Assembly: GCA_001179505.1 (NCBI GenBank)
Contig: CDMY01000198.1
Coordinates: 1-64,000 of the forward strand
DNA length: 64,000 nucleotides
From: Vitrella brassicaformis CCMP3155
Lineage: Eukaryota > Protista > Chromerida
Direction of reading: 5' to 3'
Shown: positions 29,770 through 42,636 of the stretch, piece after piece
Position numbering within the stretch: position 1 is the stretch's first letter
Layout: every line of letters begins with the position of its first letter
Made by a program: the position numbers and the translations under genes
The notes under the pieces: generated by a model
Database searches by the model: none
The model's input: the letters and a program-made list of their open reading frames with translations, nothing else
What the model was told of the DNA's origin: nothing

Positions 29770-31874
29770 GGCGGGGGGTGCTGAAATCAGCCACGGAAGG
29801 CCGAGGAGCTACATCATACACACACATAGGTGCAGCATTGCCGAGGTGGCGAACATTTATGTGTGTAGTCCCAATGCTCACTTACCTCTTGTGCTGTGCT
29901 GTGCCCGTGGTAAAGCTGTAGAATGAAGTAGATGAGCTCCCCGGACGGCTGGTACGGCATGAACGACGCCAGCATGGCCGCCACAGACTGTGGTGTCTGC
30001 AAAGCGCGAAAATAGGAAAGAGAGAGAAGTGTGTGACGTATGCGTGTGTCTTCATCTATCTGTGTGCGTACGTACCGTGAGTGTGGCGATGCGCTCGATG
30101 GTCTGTGGGTCGGCCCCCAACGCCGTCAACAGCACCTTTCCTGGTCGATACACACGCACAGAAGGCAAAGCAAAAGGCATGCGTCCTGCCTGCCTGCAGG
30201 TGTCCTCCCTCGTGTGTGGTGCAAGCAGCCCATCTACCTGTCTTGCGGAGGTCATCCGCTGCTCCCGAGCCCTGCAGACAGACCATTGAACACACACAAA
30301 AACGGCAATAACATGTCCCTCCACCCAGGCTCTTTCCCTCATTGCAACCTTACCGAGGAATCGTCATAGTCTAGGTGGTCCAGGTCGATCAAGACCGCCC
30401 TGGCCTTGAGGACCATGACGTTGTTAGCCTTGACGTCGCCGTGTGAGAGCCTGCGGTGGTGGAGGAAGCCGAGCGCCTTCGTAGCCGGCCTGAACGGAAC
30501 CAAGGGAGGGAGAGAAGCAGGTGAGGCTGTTGATGCGTGTGATGACGAGTAGATGAGGCATCTCAACCGACCGGCACCTGATGACGCACACAACACAGGA
30601 AGGACCACACACAAAGAAGCCGCCTTCACCTCTCTCCCTCTCCCTCCCTCCCTCCCTCTCTCTCTGATACGATGCGCGCGTACATGAGGGTGCCTCGCGG
30701 GATTTCTGCAGTGTTGTTGTACCCCTCACAGAAGTCGTGGAACGTCCGGGTCGCCACCGCGTGATCGTGTATTTTGGCTGCGATGAGGTACACGTCGCCC
30801 ACCCGCTCCACCTCCGATGGGTGACGGCACAGTAGTGTCATGTCATATCTAAAGCCAGCCTGCACACGTCCGCACATCCACACACACACACACACACACA
30901 CGTCTGGCGCAAGGTGTCACGGATGACACACTTGGCGCCGGCCTCCGTCTGACAAGCCAGCTCCCCCACGGTCGTCCCTGTAGACACGTACACAGACGCA
31001 GGAGAAAGCGGATGGGATGGATGAGTGCTGTGTATGCTATGCGATGCGTGTCTGACGAGACGTACCCCTCAGGAGCTCCATGACGTACACTGTCCGCCCT
31101 CCGACGTTGAAGGAGAAGTAGTAGCGGGGCAGGTGCAGACAGTGTCGGAGTCCTTGCTCGCAATACATGCGATACGTGTGGCGGGCGTACTCCTGACATG
31201 CCGTGCCGCATAGGCACACAGACAGACAGACAGACAGGCAGAGACAAGCCGTTTAAAGATGGCAGATCTGTGTGTTCTCTCTCTGTGCGTCTCGCACACG
31301 TACCCCCCCGGCAGACATGTTCGGGTCGAGGACTTTGACCGCATACTGCCCCGCCCGCCACACAGACCCCTGGCCGCCGAAGCCGAGCTCTTGTCGGCCT
31401 TGAGGCCGTACCGGTAATAAGGGTACTCCTGCACACAAACGACACAGCAGCAGCTGGTGAGCCGATTGCTGCCTTGTTGCTGTGATCTGCCTTGCTTACG
31501 GCCACTGCCCTCTCGCCCACGTCGTTCTGCTACTTCTGCGGTGCAGACAGACAGACAGACAGACAAACAGAGAGACAGGGAATGATGTGATGGACACAAA
31601 CGGAGACGGAAGACCACACATGAAGGGCGTGTGTGCCTGACTGATCCCATGCAGCCATGTCACGCAGTGCAGCCCAGCTCACCCGCTCCACCTCCTTGTA
31701 CTTCCTCCTCGTGGCGATAACCTCCTCCATCCTTTCCGGCTGGTGCTGCCACCTGCGCCAACGGGCCGCCTCGTCGGCCGCGATGGCCTCCTCGAGGGAC
31801 GGCAGGGGCTCAAAGGCATCGGGATCTTTGTTTATTGGCGCATAGCAAAGCACCTTTTCCATTGCGCTGCTCAT
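29770..31874 (-). pseudogene. Protein kinase-like family copy A (frameshift and inserted segment)
   Basis: LGFGGQGSV, YAVK, VYVMELL, HGDVKANN, VLIDLD. 1-nt deletion at about 31390; about 430 bp insertion between RDTL and KALGFLH. 3' end approximate. Confidence 0.75.
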
Positions 31875-32599
31875 CGTGCTCCTGAAAGAACAGACATGGG
31901 AATTCTGTGTGTGTGTGCGGCGGTGGCACAGGCTGACGAGTGTCATGTGCATGTGTCAACCGACCGACCTGCTCGAGGGATGTATGATGATGTCGTCGTG
32001 CATCCCTCGGTACTCGCTGCAGAGCTGTGTCAGTGTGTTGTTGTCAATACCCACACGGGAGACCGTTGCAGGCAGCCCCGCCTCTGTCCAATCCACCCAT
32101 CCACAGCGCCACGCCGACGGGTGGTCGTGCACCTTCAGACGCACCGCCTTGGCAAGCTGCCCTACCACCGGACACACACAAGAGAACAACGCAACCAATG
32201 TGCGGGGATGGTCATCCGGCTTCCTGGCTGCCTCTTCTCTCTGCTCACCTGATCTCGCATCAGCTTTACTATGACACGCCGGGCCGATTGCTTGCTTCCC
32301 GAGAGCCGCTCCGAAATCTGAGGACGACCCACACGTCTACGATATCGAATTTGCTCAGCCATCCTGAACGTCAGCACAGGGGTTCGTGTGCGTATCCGTC
32401 GATGGATGATGGATGAGCGGCTGGCTCTCACCTGTGTGTGAACCGCAGTGGTGCCGGCAGAAGGAGCCACAAGTTTGTAATCGCCGATGCAGCGGAAGCA
32501 AAGGAAATACCGCGGATATAAGATGTAGACAGCAATTGGAGCTCCCTCCGCTCTGCACGATTCTATCATGAGGAACGCAATGATAGCATGCTCGGAGGC

Positions 32600-34649
32600 A
32601 TGTTCTGATGTGTCACTCGCCGTGCTGGGGCCAGGGGGGCACTCTCGAAGATGAGACACGATGAACCGACATGGGCGCGCAAGGTTTGGTCGGTCAACGG
32701 GCGATAAAGGCCGCTGCAGCGGGAGGAGGCGGGGTGGCAGGCGGGCCATGGACGATGGGGCTGGGACGTCGGAATGGCGGGCTGCACGACGGGCACTGCA
32801 CAGATGACGACATAACAACACGAAGAAACAAACACAATGAGAACATCCTCCGCTGATTGTGCGGCTGTTGTTGTCTTGCGTTGTGTTGTGATCGGTTGCT
32901 CCCCGTGCTGGTACGGCATGTGCTGTGCCCCTTGTGGCCGCACATAGATGTCTGTCGGGGCGGCAGTCTCCTTTGGCGGCGGAGGCGGGGGCGATTTGAT
33001 GGTAGTGCTGGTACGGCATGTGCTGTGCCCCTTGTGGCCGCACATAGATGTCTGTCGGGGCGGCAGTCTCCTTTGGCGGCGGAGGCGGGGGCGATTTGAT
33101 GGTACTGGGGGGTGCCGATTTCAGCCATGGGTGGCCGAGGAGCTGCGAGCAGAGACGAACAACACCGACATGAGGGCGCATGGCCGATTGATTGTGTGTT
33201 TGTTTGTGTCTTGCTCACCTCTTTTGTCGTAGAATTCCCGTGGAACAGCTTGTGAATGAAGTCGGTGAGCTCCTCGGGGGGCTGGTGCAGCAGCTGGGAC
33301 GCCAGGATCGAAGACACCTCAGATGGTGTCTGAACAAGCAGAGACGCAGCCACGCCCTGGTTGTGTCGCTGATAGGCTGTGTGCGATGATTGCCTGGCTT
33401 ACGATTAGATCGGCGATGTACGCCGCAATGTGCTCCTGTATTCCTAGCGCCGCCAGCAGCACCTCCCCTGAGCGAGAGAGACGAGACAGACAGAGCAAAA
33501 CGATATGATGCCTGCGGGTTGGCTGTGTGTGTGTCTCGTCCGTGCCGGTCTTCTGCACGTCCTACACTGCCCCCGAGGCCTGCCGTCAACCCAGCAGCAC
33601 ACAGCAGACATGCATGGATGGTGGTCGGATTGTGCTATCCCCCCACCTAACTTACCGACACATCATCGATGTCCAGGTGGTCCAGGTCGATGAGCACCGC
33701 ACGGTCGTCACACACGATGATGTTGTCGGCCTTGACGTCACCGTGGAAGTGTCGCGAACAACACGCTTGGCGCCGGCCTCCCCCAGGCGGCCAAAATTCC
33801 ACACGGTGCGCTCTGTACAAATGGACACATAGAGTCAGAAGGGGGATGAGAATGTATGCTTGTGGTGCGGTGCGGTGCGGTGCGGTCAAGTGCGTTTCTC
33901 ACCCTGGAGGAACTCCATTACGTACACTGTCCGCCCGCAGGTGTTGAATGAGAAGTAGTGCCGGGCGATGTGCGGACAGTGCTGGAGTCCTCGTTGCCGG
34001 TACATGGAGAAGGTGGGCCGGGCGTACATCTGCAGAAACATTAACAGCATGACACGCACAGGGGTGTGTGCATGATCTGTTCTTATATATCTGTGTGGTA
34101 TGCGTACCCCTCCCAGTGAGTGGTCCGCTTCAAGGACCTTGATGGCGTAATCCCCTGCCCGACACACCTTCCCTTGCCGCCCGCTGCCCAACGCGCCCTC
34201 CTTCCTTAGGCCGTATCTGTAGAACAGATACTCCTGCAGAGCGGAGACAAACAGGCAGGCAGGCAGACAGACAGAATCTGCTGTGGCGGCGTAGCTCCGT
34301 CTTTGAAGACCTACCTCCGCGCTCCTCGCGGCCGCCTGCGCCTCCCAATCCTGCAATGACACACACAGAGAGAGAAGGTACCACCAGTGAGACCATGCAG
34401 CTGGAGAGTCTGACGGCATGAGTCTTTCTACTAGAGTTTAGCAGAAAGACTGACCTGCTCCGCCGACTTGAGCTGGTGACGGGCGGTGAGGACCTCCTTC
34501 AGCTCCTCTGCCGTGTCGTTGTCAATGGCGGCCCTGATCATCGCCTCCTCCTCGGCGACGAACTCTTCAAGAGACGGCAGCGGCGAGAACTGATCCTCAT
34601 CTTTCTTGATGGGCGCATAGACGTGGATTCTCTCCATGGCGCCTGTCAT
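32600..34649 (-). pseudogene. Protein kinase-like family copy B (frameshifting deletion, 100-bp tandem duplication)
   Basis: LGSGRQGKV, YAIK, VYVMEFL, HGDVKADN, VLIDLD, LLGHPWL. RDT is fused out of frame to HGDVK at about 33750-33760. 3' end approximate. Confidence 0.75.
32905..33104. repeat. Perfect 2 x 100 bp tandem duplication
   Basis: gtgctggtacggc...gcgatttgatggta at 32905-33004 and 33005-33104. Confidence 0.95.
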
Positions 34650-34966
34650 TCTGCCGTCTGGCGGAGCCTACATCGCCCCCAGTTCCAAGTCATGTGCTGG
34701 GTGCTGTCACTTCTGGTGGCAAAGCCAATCTGTCCGCGGATTCGGACTGCGGTGAGCTCTTTGACACGTCCGTCGAATATAAAATGTAGACAACGATGTC
34801 TGGAAGAAGAAAGAAAAGAAAATATGTTAGTCGTGGACCTCTCTTTCTCACCTTTGTCTCCTTCCTTCCCTCCATCTGTCGGCAATGTCTCTTCCCCCCC
34901 ACCCTGCGGGCCTTCCTTTCGTCTTGAAACGGAACTCACGAGGGACCGCATTGTGGCGCAGACAGG

Positions 34967-36899
34967 CTAACGGGCGAGAATGGGCGGCGGCGGGAGGAGG
35001 AATGGCCGGTGGCCGCGGGGCAGCAACAAGGGCGGCATCATGGCGGGGGCGAATGGCCACACTGGCGGGCGATATGGCGGTGGGGGCGGTGCGACATGGG
35101 CTGTCAAGAAAAAGGAGAGAATCAATGGCAATAAGCTGGATGAGTTGTGTCTTTTGTCCGCTCACCGATAGGAACTCGTTGGGGCGGTGGTGGCGGCAGC
35201 CGATACACGGGCGGCACATACGTCGGGCCTGTCAAGGCAAAGACCCCATACAGTGTCAGAGATCAGGTTCCCTTATTGCAATGGATCTCAGTTGTGTCTC
35301 TCCTCCACTCACCGGCAGCGGCAGCAGCTGGTGCTTGTGGTGGGGAGGTGGTGAGCCACGGGTGGCGGAGGGCCTGCACAACCGAAGGAGCGAGGGACAT
35401 ACAGGCGACACACAGCACACAAGACGTCCACGAATCTGACAGGGAGAAGTGTCCTTGTTTCTTCCCTGGCTAACTGACCTCCTCAGCGCTCATGCCCTTG
35501 AGAAGCCCTTCGATGAAGTCCACCAGGTCGGTGGACGGGGCGAAGGGCAGCAGGGCCCGGCGGATGGCCTCCTCCGTCGGCTGCATTCCAATGGGGGGTA
35601 AAGCAGAGAGGGAAGCCGTTAGGCTGAATGCCCGTCTGTGACGATCATTTCATTGGTCCTCTCGTACCGTGGAAGCGGCGATCTGCGAAGCCTTGGCATG
35701 GTCAACCCCAGCCATCCGCAGCAATGTGACCACTGCCAGATAGCAGCGACAGAGACAAAGAGAGAGATACGACAATCCCAAATGCCCATCGGTCATGGGA
35801 ACCTACCCGTATCAAACATGTCTCTCCTCGCCCCCTCGCCCTTCTGCACGCCAAAAGCACACACAACACACAGGAAGACCAATCAGCCAGAAAGCCAGAA
35901 AGCCATCGATCGATCGATGGTCTCACCTTGTCCTCATCCATGTAATCCAGATCGATCAGCACAGTCGACCCGTCTCGGCGCTTTATCAAATTTTCTGGTT
36001 TGACGTCGAGGTGGGCGAGCCGGCGGCGGTGGAGGAAGGAGAGAGCGTGAAGGAGGTCGCTGGCGACGGCCCTCACGTCTCCCTCTCCCAGGCTGCCGCA
36101 CAGCTCCCACACACCCCGGCCTGCACACATACACAGACACACACATCGGTGGATGCATGTCTCGGCTCGTGTCGCTCTTTCGCCTACCTTCAACGTGTTC
36201 CATGATAATGCAGCTGCGGCTGCTCCTTGTGACCGCGAAATCCCCCACTAGCCGCACGATATTGGGGCAAAGGGCGAGGCCCTTCTCGATGTATCGGCGG
36301 TATGTGGGCTTGTGGTGGAACTGATGAGACACAAGCAACAAAGTAAGCAAGGATATGTCGACGAGAGGAGATGTGCAAGTGATGCCTACCCCGCCGATGG
36401 AGTGCTCCGTGTCGAGCACCTTTGCCACCTTGCCCCCCTCGAGCCGCCACAAATCGGCTTGGCCGCCCTCCCCCAACTTGCCCAGCACACGTAGCCCATA
36501 CAAATCATGCAAGACGCCCTGCAGACATCAGAGAGCAAGCAATGAGAGACAGACCAATGAGTCTGCGCAGCCTGCCGGGTCACTCACTGACCTCCACGTC
36601 CCTCTTCCACACCTTGATGTCCCATTCCTGCAGACAGACCGACAGACAGACGGAGACAGCATGTGAGACAGGAGTATCCTGACGTGCGTGTCTGCCGGTC
36701 AGTGTATATCTCTCACCCTCTTGGCCAACTCGTTCTGCTTCATGGCCTCCACCACCCCCTGGGCCTCCTCCATGGTGTCGCCGTCGTCCAGGCAGACTCG
36801 GAGGGTCTTCTCCTCCAGTTGGCGGACGAAGTCCGCAGGAGGCTCCAGGGGCAGCGGCGGGTGCACTCGAGTGTGCATCTTAGCGGCGGCGCTCATCAT
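34967..36899 (-). CDS. Protein kinase-like family copy C (apparently intact), lacking activation loop; Pro-rich tail
   Basis: LGEGGQADL, KVAK, IIMEHV, HLDVKPEN, VLIDLDYMDEDK-KGEGARRDMFDT, SAEE-ALRHPWL, then a PPPPYRPP tail ending in TAG at 34967-34969. I found no frameshift when splicing by eye. Confidence 0.75.
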
Positions 36900-37749
36900 T
36901 TTCTTTGGCTTTTGCGAGATTCCCCCAGTCTGCACGCAGAGGTATTGCCAAGTGTTTGTTGGAAGCTGGCGGTCTCTCGTTGTTGCGTTACTGCATACCT
37001 CAGCGCCAGATGGATTCGCGGCAACCTTTGTTCCACGTCCGTCAAATATAAAATGTAGACAACGATGTGACGACCTGTCGCTCGCCCTGAACGACAATGG
37101 ACAATGCAGACACAAGGCAGATGACCGCACATGATGTGAACAGACCCCTCGCCCAATACTTCTGTAGGCCGTCGTCAGTGGGACCCATGTGCACCAGCTC
37201 CCCTTCTGCTCCACTCCGAACGGTACCGCGCGATGCTGCCCACACACAGGAAAGCACAGTACGTGATCTGTCCAGTCATCCATCCATCCATCCTCGGCTG
37301 CTGACTTACCGGGTCATTGATGAAGTCGGCCAAGCCCACCTGCGCATCTGCGACGGTCCAGAGGGGAAAGAGCACATCAGAAGCTCTCTGCGCCAACCTG
37401 ACAGCGCCTGAAGTCGCCGACGCGCACTGAGCTTCTCTTCAATGCGTCGTTTCTCGCGTCCTTTCAGTCACCCCTGATAAAGCGTCTAGACACATGCAAG
37501 CCCTCGCCAGCTACATCTACTGTCCGTTTCTTAGTCACCCTGACAACGCCACACAGACAGAGGCACACACATTTTAGTGTAGTGTGGTGTGCGCGTCATT
37601 TGGTCCCCCGTTCACCTTGTCGTCGTCGTGGAGGTCTCTGTTGCTGCTGCTGCTGTAAGTGTTGTCCTCGCTAGTCTTGTCCTGACCGGACCCGCCCTCT
37701 CCCAACCGTAGGTCATGAGGCAGTGACAAAGGTGGCCCCTGTGACGGTC

Positions 37750-40140
37750 GATCTACACACGCGTCGCAGAGTGCACACCCACAGGCATTGATGTACTCCA
37801 GGGCCACTTACACACGCTCCGGCGCATGTGCATCGTTAGGTTAGGTATGTTAGGCCCCTGGAACGTCCCCTGCCTGTAGCGGTCCTGCGCCTCTGAAGGA
37901 AGCCAAGACACACACACACACACACACACAGAGAGAGAGAAAGAGATCCACGAATGATGCGGCACTCCCATATGCGCACATCCACACACTTCCCCTCCCA
38001 CGACATTCTCTCCATTTGCTCGCACTGAGGCTGGGGCCGCAGGGGAGACGTGGGCGTCACCTCGGACGGCCGCTGTTTCATCCGCGCCTGATTGATGGAC
38101 AATGCAGGCAAAAATCAAACCACATTGCGTGCCATGTGCAGAAGGGCCCTTTCCCCGTGTGCATCTCCTGTGCCAGCGTACCTGAGACTCTTCTCGCGAC
38201 GGTATGGGGATGGGTGGAAACTTCGGATACGACCCAACTGCACCACGCACACACACACACACACACCAACAACCCACATTCACTCATATACAGACGTACA
38301 CAGCTGTGCATTCTTCTACTCACACACGGGGAGGGTCTTGTTGACGAAGTTCACCGAGTCCGGGGAACGCTGAAACGAGTCTGCACAGAGAGGACATGTA
38401 TGTGTGGGAATGGAAGCTCTCACAGTCATGGTGCCCCGTGTGTTTTGGCGCGAATGGTGTCTTACGCCTAGGCGGCTGCCTGTACACGGCCATTGTGGGG
38501 TAGCAGGGAACGTACGCGATTGCAGCGCACACACAAACAAGGAAGGCATCCAGGTGTACACATATACACGAGTGTGGTCTGTCTGTCTATCTGTCTGTGT
38601 GTGAACTTACACGCTGCCGGAGGTGGAGGCGGCGGCATCAGATTGGCACCGCCAGCAGGAGGCGCGTTCACCACCACAGGGGCCGGCCGCACCGGCGTCA
38701 CACCCGGGTTGCCGGCAGGATGATGCACAAAGACAGGAGGCTGAACGGGCCTCCGGGTGCACGAGGCCGCACGTTGAGTTAGGGATGCTGCCCCACAGAG
38801 GGCGGAGGCTGCTGCATCGAGAACCTGAGAGGCTGAGGCCCTGGCCGACCAGCAGCGGCCACATTCGACACCGACGGCCCAGCAACCTGAAGGACAGACA
38901 GCAAACACACGCGTACACACACAAACGTGATGAATGGGCGGATGCATACTGTGATGGCCGGCGCTTTGGGTCGCTCAGGTGTCCCAAACGTCGGAGGTAC
39001 CTGCGCGCCAGAGGGAAGAGAGGGAGAAGGCAATCAAGTGCCCTCAGGTTGATACCATACGTGTGTGGGTGGGTGGGAGCAGTGTGCAATGGGCGTACTG
39101 GAATTTTGTAATATGGTGAGTGCGGTCGAGGAACCGATGACGGAACTGGCGGCGTCGCAGTCGGGGGCGACCAGTGCTGAAAGCAAGACGGAGGAGACAA
39201 GAGAGTGTCGTGTGGACGGATGGATGGATGGATGGATGGGTGTGGATGTAGATGTGTACCAGTCGGGGCGCAGGCGGCGAGCGGTCCACCTGAGGGAACA
39301 GGCGGGGAGGCTGTGTGCCGGTCTGCACACGCACACACACCAGCAGCACACATGCGGCAATGCACCAGCTGCAGGAAGCAACCGGTATGTATGCATCACT
39401 TACACATGTGATGTGCGGGCGCCCGCGTTGAGAAGTCCACGACGTGTGGATCGACCAGATCTCCTTGGTCGTACAGCTGCAGGGCGGCTGAAGGCAGCCA
39501 GCACACACACAGAGAGAGGACTTGAGTGTGTGTGGATGGATGCACACACAAAGGCACATGCGCATGCGCACGCCCACATTCTTACCTTGAAAACCCACCA
39601 CAGGCATTTGGTTGTATTCCTCTCGTGGCCGCAACGCACGGGGCGACGTCTCGAGTTCCGATGGCCTCTGCTTGACCTGGGCCTGATTAACCGACATGGC
39701 AGGCAACGAGCAGACCACAGCGATTGCGCGTGTGTAGAGGGACTGTCCTTTCCCATGTGCACGTGGACCGCCGAGTCCTCCCGTGGCTGAATGGGGACGG
39801 CAGGATAAGTCGGATAATACGCAACTGCACCACACAGCACGAAGGCAAGGAAAGCATCCAGGCTTTGGCTCACATACAGGTGTCGCATGTCTGTCTGTCT
39901 GTCGGTCTGTCTGTGCGTACATCGGTTGCCTCAAATGGGTTGGCCATGCTGACGTGCGCGTCAACACCAAACTCAATGAGGCAGTCACCCACCTCACCCA
40001 CGTGAAGAGAATTGCGTCGAGAAAAAGAGACGGGTAGAAAAAGAAAAAGCCGCTGGTTCATCTGCACGCACAAACACGGCAACAGGAGGCATCTGAACAC
40101 ACCCATGGCAACGAAATGCACCATGTAATCATCCCTACAA
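37750..40140 (-). pseudogene. Two tandem decayed units of a Pro/Tyr-rich hypothetical protein family
   Basis: Repeated modules AYYPTYPAVPIQP / AYVPCYPTMAVYRQP and SVNQAQVKQRPSE / SINQARMKQRPSE. The acceptor before the second AYVP module reads CAA (about 38520) where the 53600 paralog has CAG. Boundaries approximate. Confidence 0.5.
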
Positions 40141-41189
40141 ATCATCCACACACCACACCATCACCGCACCCAAGGAACATGACTCACGAGGCCACACTCA
40201 TATATACTCACCTGTTCGACGTCGGTTCAGGCGAAGAAGGCGCGTGCGCACTCTGCAGACGCCAGGGAGACGCCAGCCGCTCCACAGAAGGCAGGGCACC
40301 ACCAAACGAGGCCTGGCCCGGGGCACGGCGGTGGTCGAAGAAAAAAGTGGCGGACGACATTCTGACGAGTTGGGAGGGGTAGAGGAGGACGCAGCGGACA
40401 ACACAAGCCAACAACCAGTCAAAAAGAAAGGGAAACGGAGGAGATGTGGCTGAAAGAAGGCTGGAAAGCCGAATCCGGCAGAGAATCTGAAAAATGAATT
40501 CCAAAATTGTAAATCAGGGTTTGCGGGGTTAATTTCGTCTCTGTCTCCCGTCGCGAAAATCTCGCCGACTTCGACATGCAAAAACCTGCGGCCACAAAAG
40601 GGCGGCAGGACAGGAGGAAACACAAGGGTATAAGGGCACTTTGATCGTGTGAGAATCTGTAAGTTTTGACCGCTCACTTTTTCTGTGTAGAATGAACTGC
40701 TCTTTGATCTGAGTGAAAATGATATGAGTGAAGAGAGCATGACATTCAGATCGCAGCTTATCGATTTCCTCACCGCTGTGCAGGCTGCAATCGTTGCCAT
40801 GGATAACAGAGCGGAGGAGGCAGCGGAAATCGCTCATACTTCAATGCATTAACTCAAAGGTCACAGACACAACACTTACTCCATTTGTCTCTGTCTGCCT
40901 ATTTGCCAAACGACAGGGTCACAGACAGAGGCACACCGCAGTCCACTAGCAAATCGCACACACACACGGCCTTCAAATGGTCTCGTCTTCTCTTGTGGCC
41001 GTCTGCCGGTGAGCCAAGACGGACTCTGCAGAGAGAAACGACGCACAGCAGACAGTCACATGAATCGATGTATATGTGTCTGCGCACTGGTGTTCATTTG
41101 GATGAGTGAGGGGTAGTAATGGCCGTCAGTGCTCGGGTTGTTCGCCGGCAGGCCGAAAACGAAATCCTCATCTGAGCGATACACACACG

Positions 41190-42636
41190 TCAAGAGGCAG
41201 CTGCTGTTGCCATCAGCTCGCTGGTGTCGTAATGCCCATACCCTTGCTCAGCTGTGGGAAAGCTGCCTGGTTCTCGTTGGCCATCTGAATCGTGCTGCTG
41301 CCTGCACCGACACACACTTATCATGGGGGTTGTGACCGACTCCTTCGTGGCCATCGATGTGTATGTGTCTCGTGACCATTGGCAGCTGCAGCGCTGGTTT
41401 GGACGAGGGATGAGCCGCCTCCGACACACATGTGTGTGGTCACACACTGCATGAGGGGGTTGGGTGCGGCGTCCATGGCGGGCAGCAAACAGTCGGTCAG
41501 CTTGTCCTGGCTGCAGCACCCCGAGTCACCTGGACTGCCCTGGCCGACACAGTACACAAAGGCGAGACACGTACATGCTCTCAGCGGCGCTGTGTGGCGC
41601 CAGCTGCGTACAGATGAGGAGAAGGTGCCTCCCTGGAAGGCCGCACTTAGCGTCGCCTTGATCTGGAGCAGCTGATTGCGGCGACTCTCCTGAGCAAAGC
41701 ATGCCACAGTCACATCTGCACCATCTATATATGGTGCGCTCCTGAAATATCTGACAATCTCGGCTTTGATGGCGTTCTGCTGGGCGGCGGCCTCTCTCTC
41801 GTGCTGTTGCTGCACGCAGTAAGACGCACGGAGGAGGGATGATGGGCTCGCCACCCGCTTTGCCCCCTACGGTGTCTCTTTGGATTTGGGCGAGGGCGTC
41901 GTGGCACCGCTGGATGGCCTTCCGCAGGTTGGCCTCCATCGTGGCCAAAGCCGACATCGTCAAAATCTCCTGCACGCATCCGACGGGAGGGCACCCATAG
42001 GAAGAGTTGTCTTGTGGTCCTTCCTCCCCTGCTTACGTGTGCATCAGTGGCGACTTTCCTCTGAGATGTGGCGAGAATCTTCTGGAGGTGCGCCACTGCA
42101 GCGTCGCAGCGGGCCGTGGCCTTGCGGAGAGCCGTCTCCGCACACAACAGCTGACGAACACACACAGAAGACTGATGCTTTGCCTGCCTGTCTGCCTGTC
42201 TGTCTGCTTGCTGGGGCTCTCACCGACCAGGTGCTTTTCGACGAGCGTCTGCACCTGATGCACTGCACCGTAGAGAGCAAATGACAGTAAGGCAAGGACG
42301 TATCCTTTCTCTCCGTTCTCTGCGTTCCTTACCGAGGTCGTAACTTCCTGGCTGCTGCATGGCCAGCATGGAGACGGCCGTCCCATTTCTGTCCGGTGCT
42401 CCTGCTGCTGGTGTCTGTCTGTGGGTCTCGAGCACGTGCAGGACGTCCTTGGCGGCATTGTGGGCCGACTCGTGGAGGAATGCGGGGTCGACACTGAGCC
42501 CCGACTGCTCCAGATGATTGCTCATCTCAGTGAAGGCCGACGAGAGGATGTCATGCGTTCTGTCGAAGTCATGGGCCAGGAGGGAGGCGGCTGATGACGC
42601 TGTGAGTAGGAGGAGGACAGCGGAGAGATGCTGCAT
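41190..42636 (-). CDS. Hypothetical secreted, helical/coiled-coil protein
   Basis: Signal-like MQHLSAVLLLLTASSAA. Helical exons ETALRKATARCDAAVAHLQKIL and EANLRKAIQRCHDALAQIQ, then a Cys-rich exon. 3' end uncertain. Confidence 0.5.

Noticed and set aside
40198-40800. 200-aa minus-strand ORF
   Set aside because: No recognisable motifs and biased Phe/Ser composition; likely spurious.
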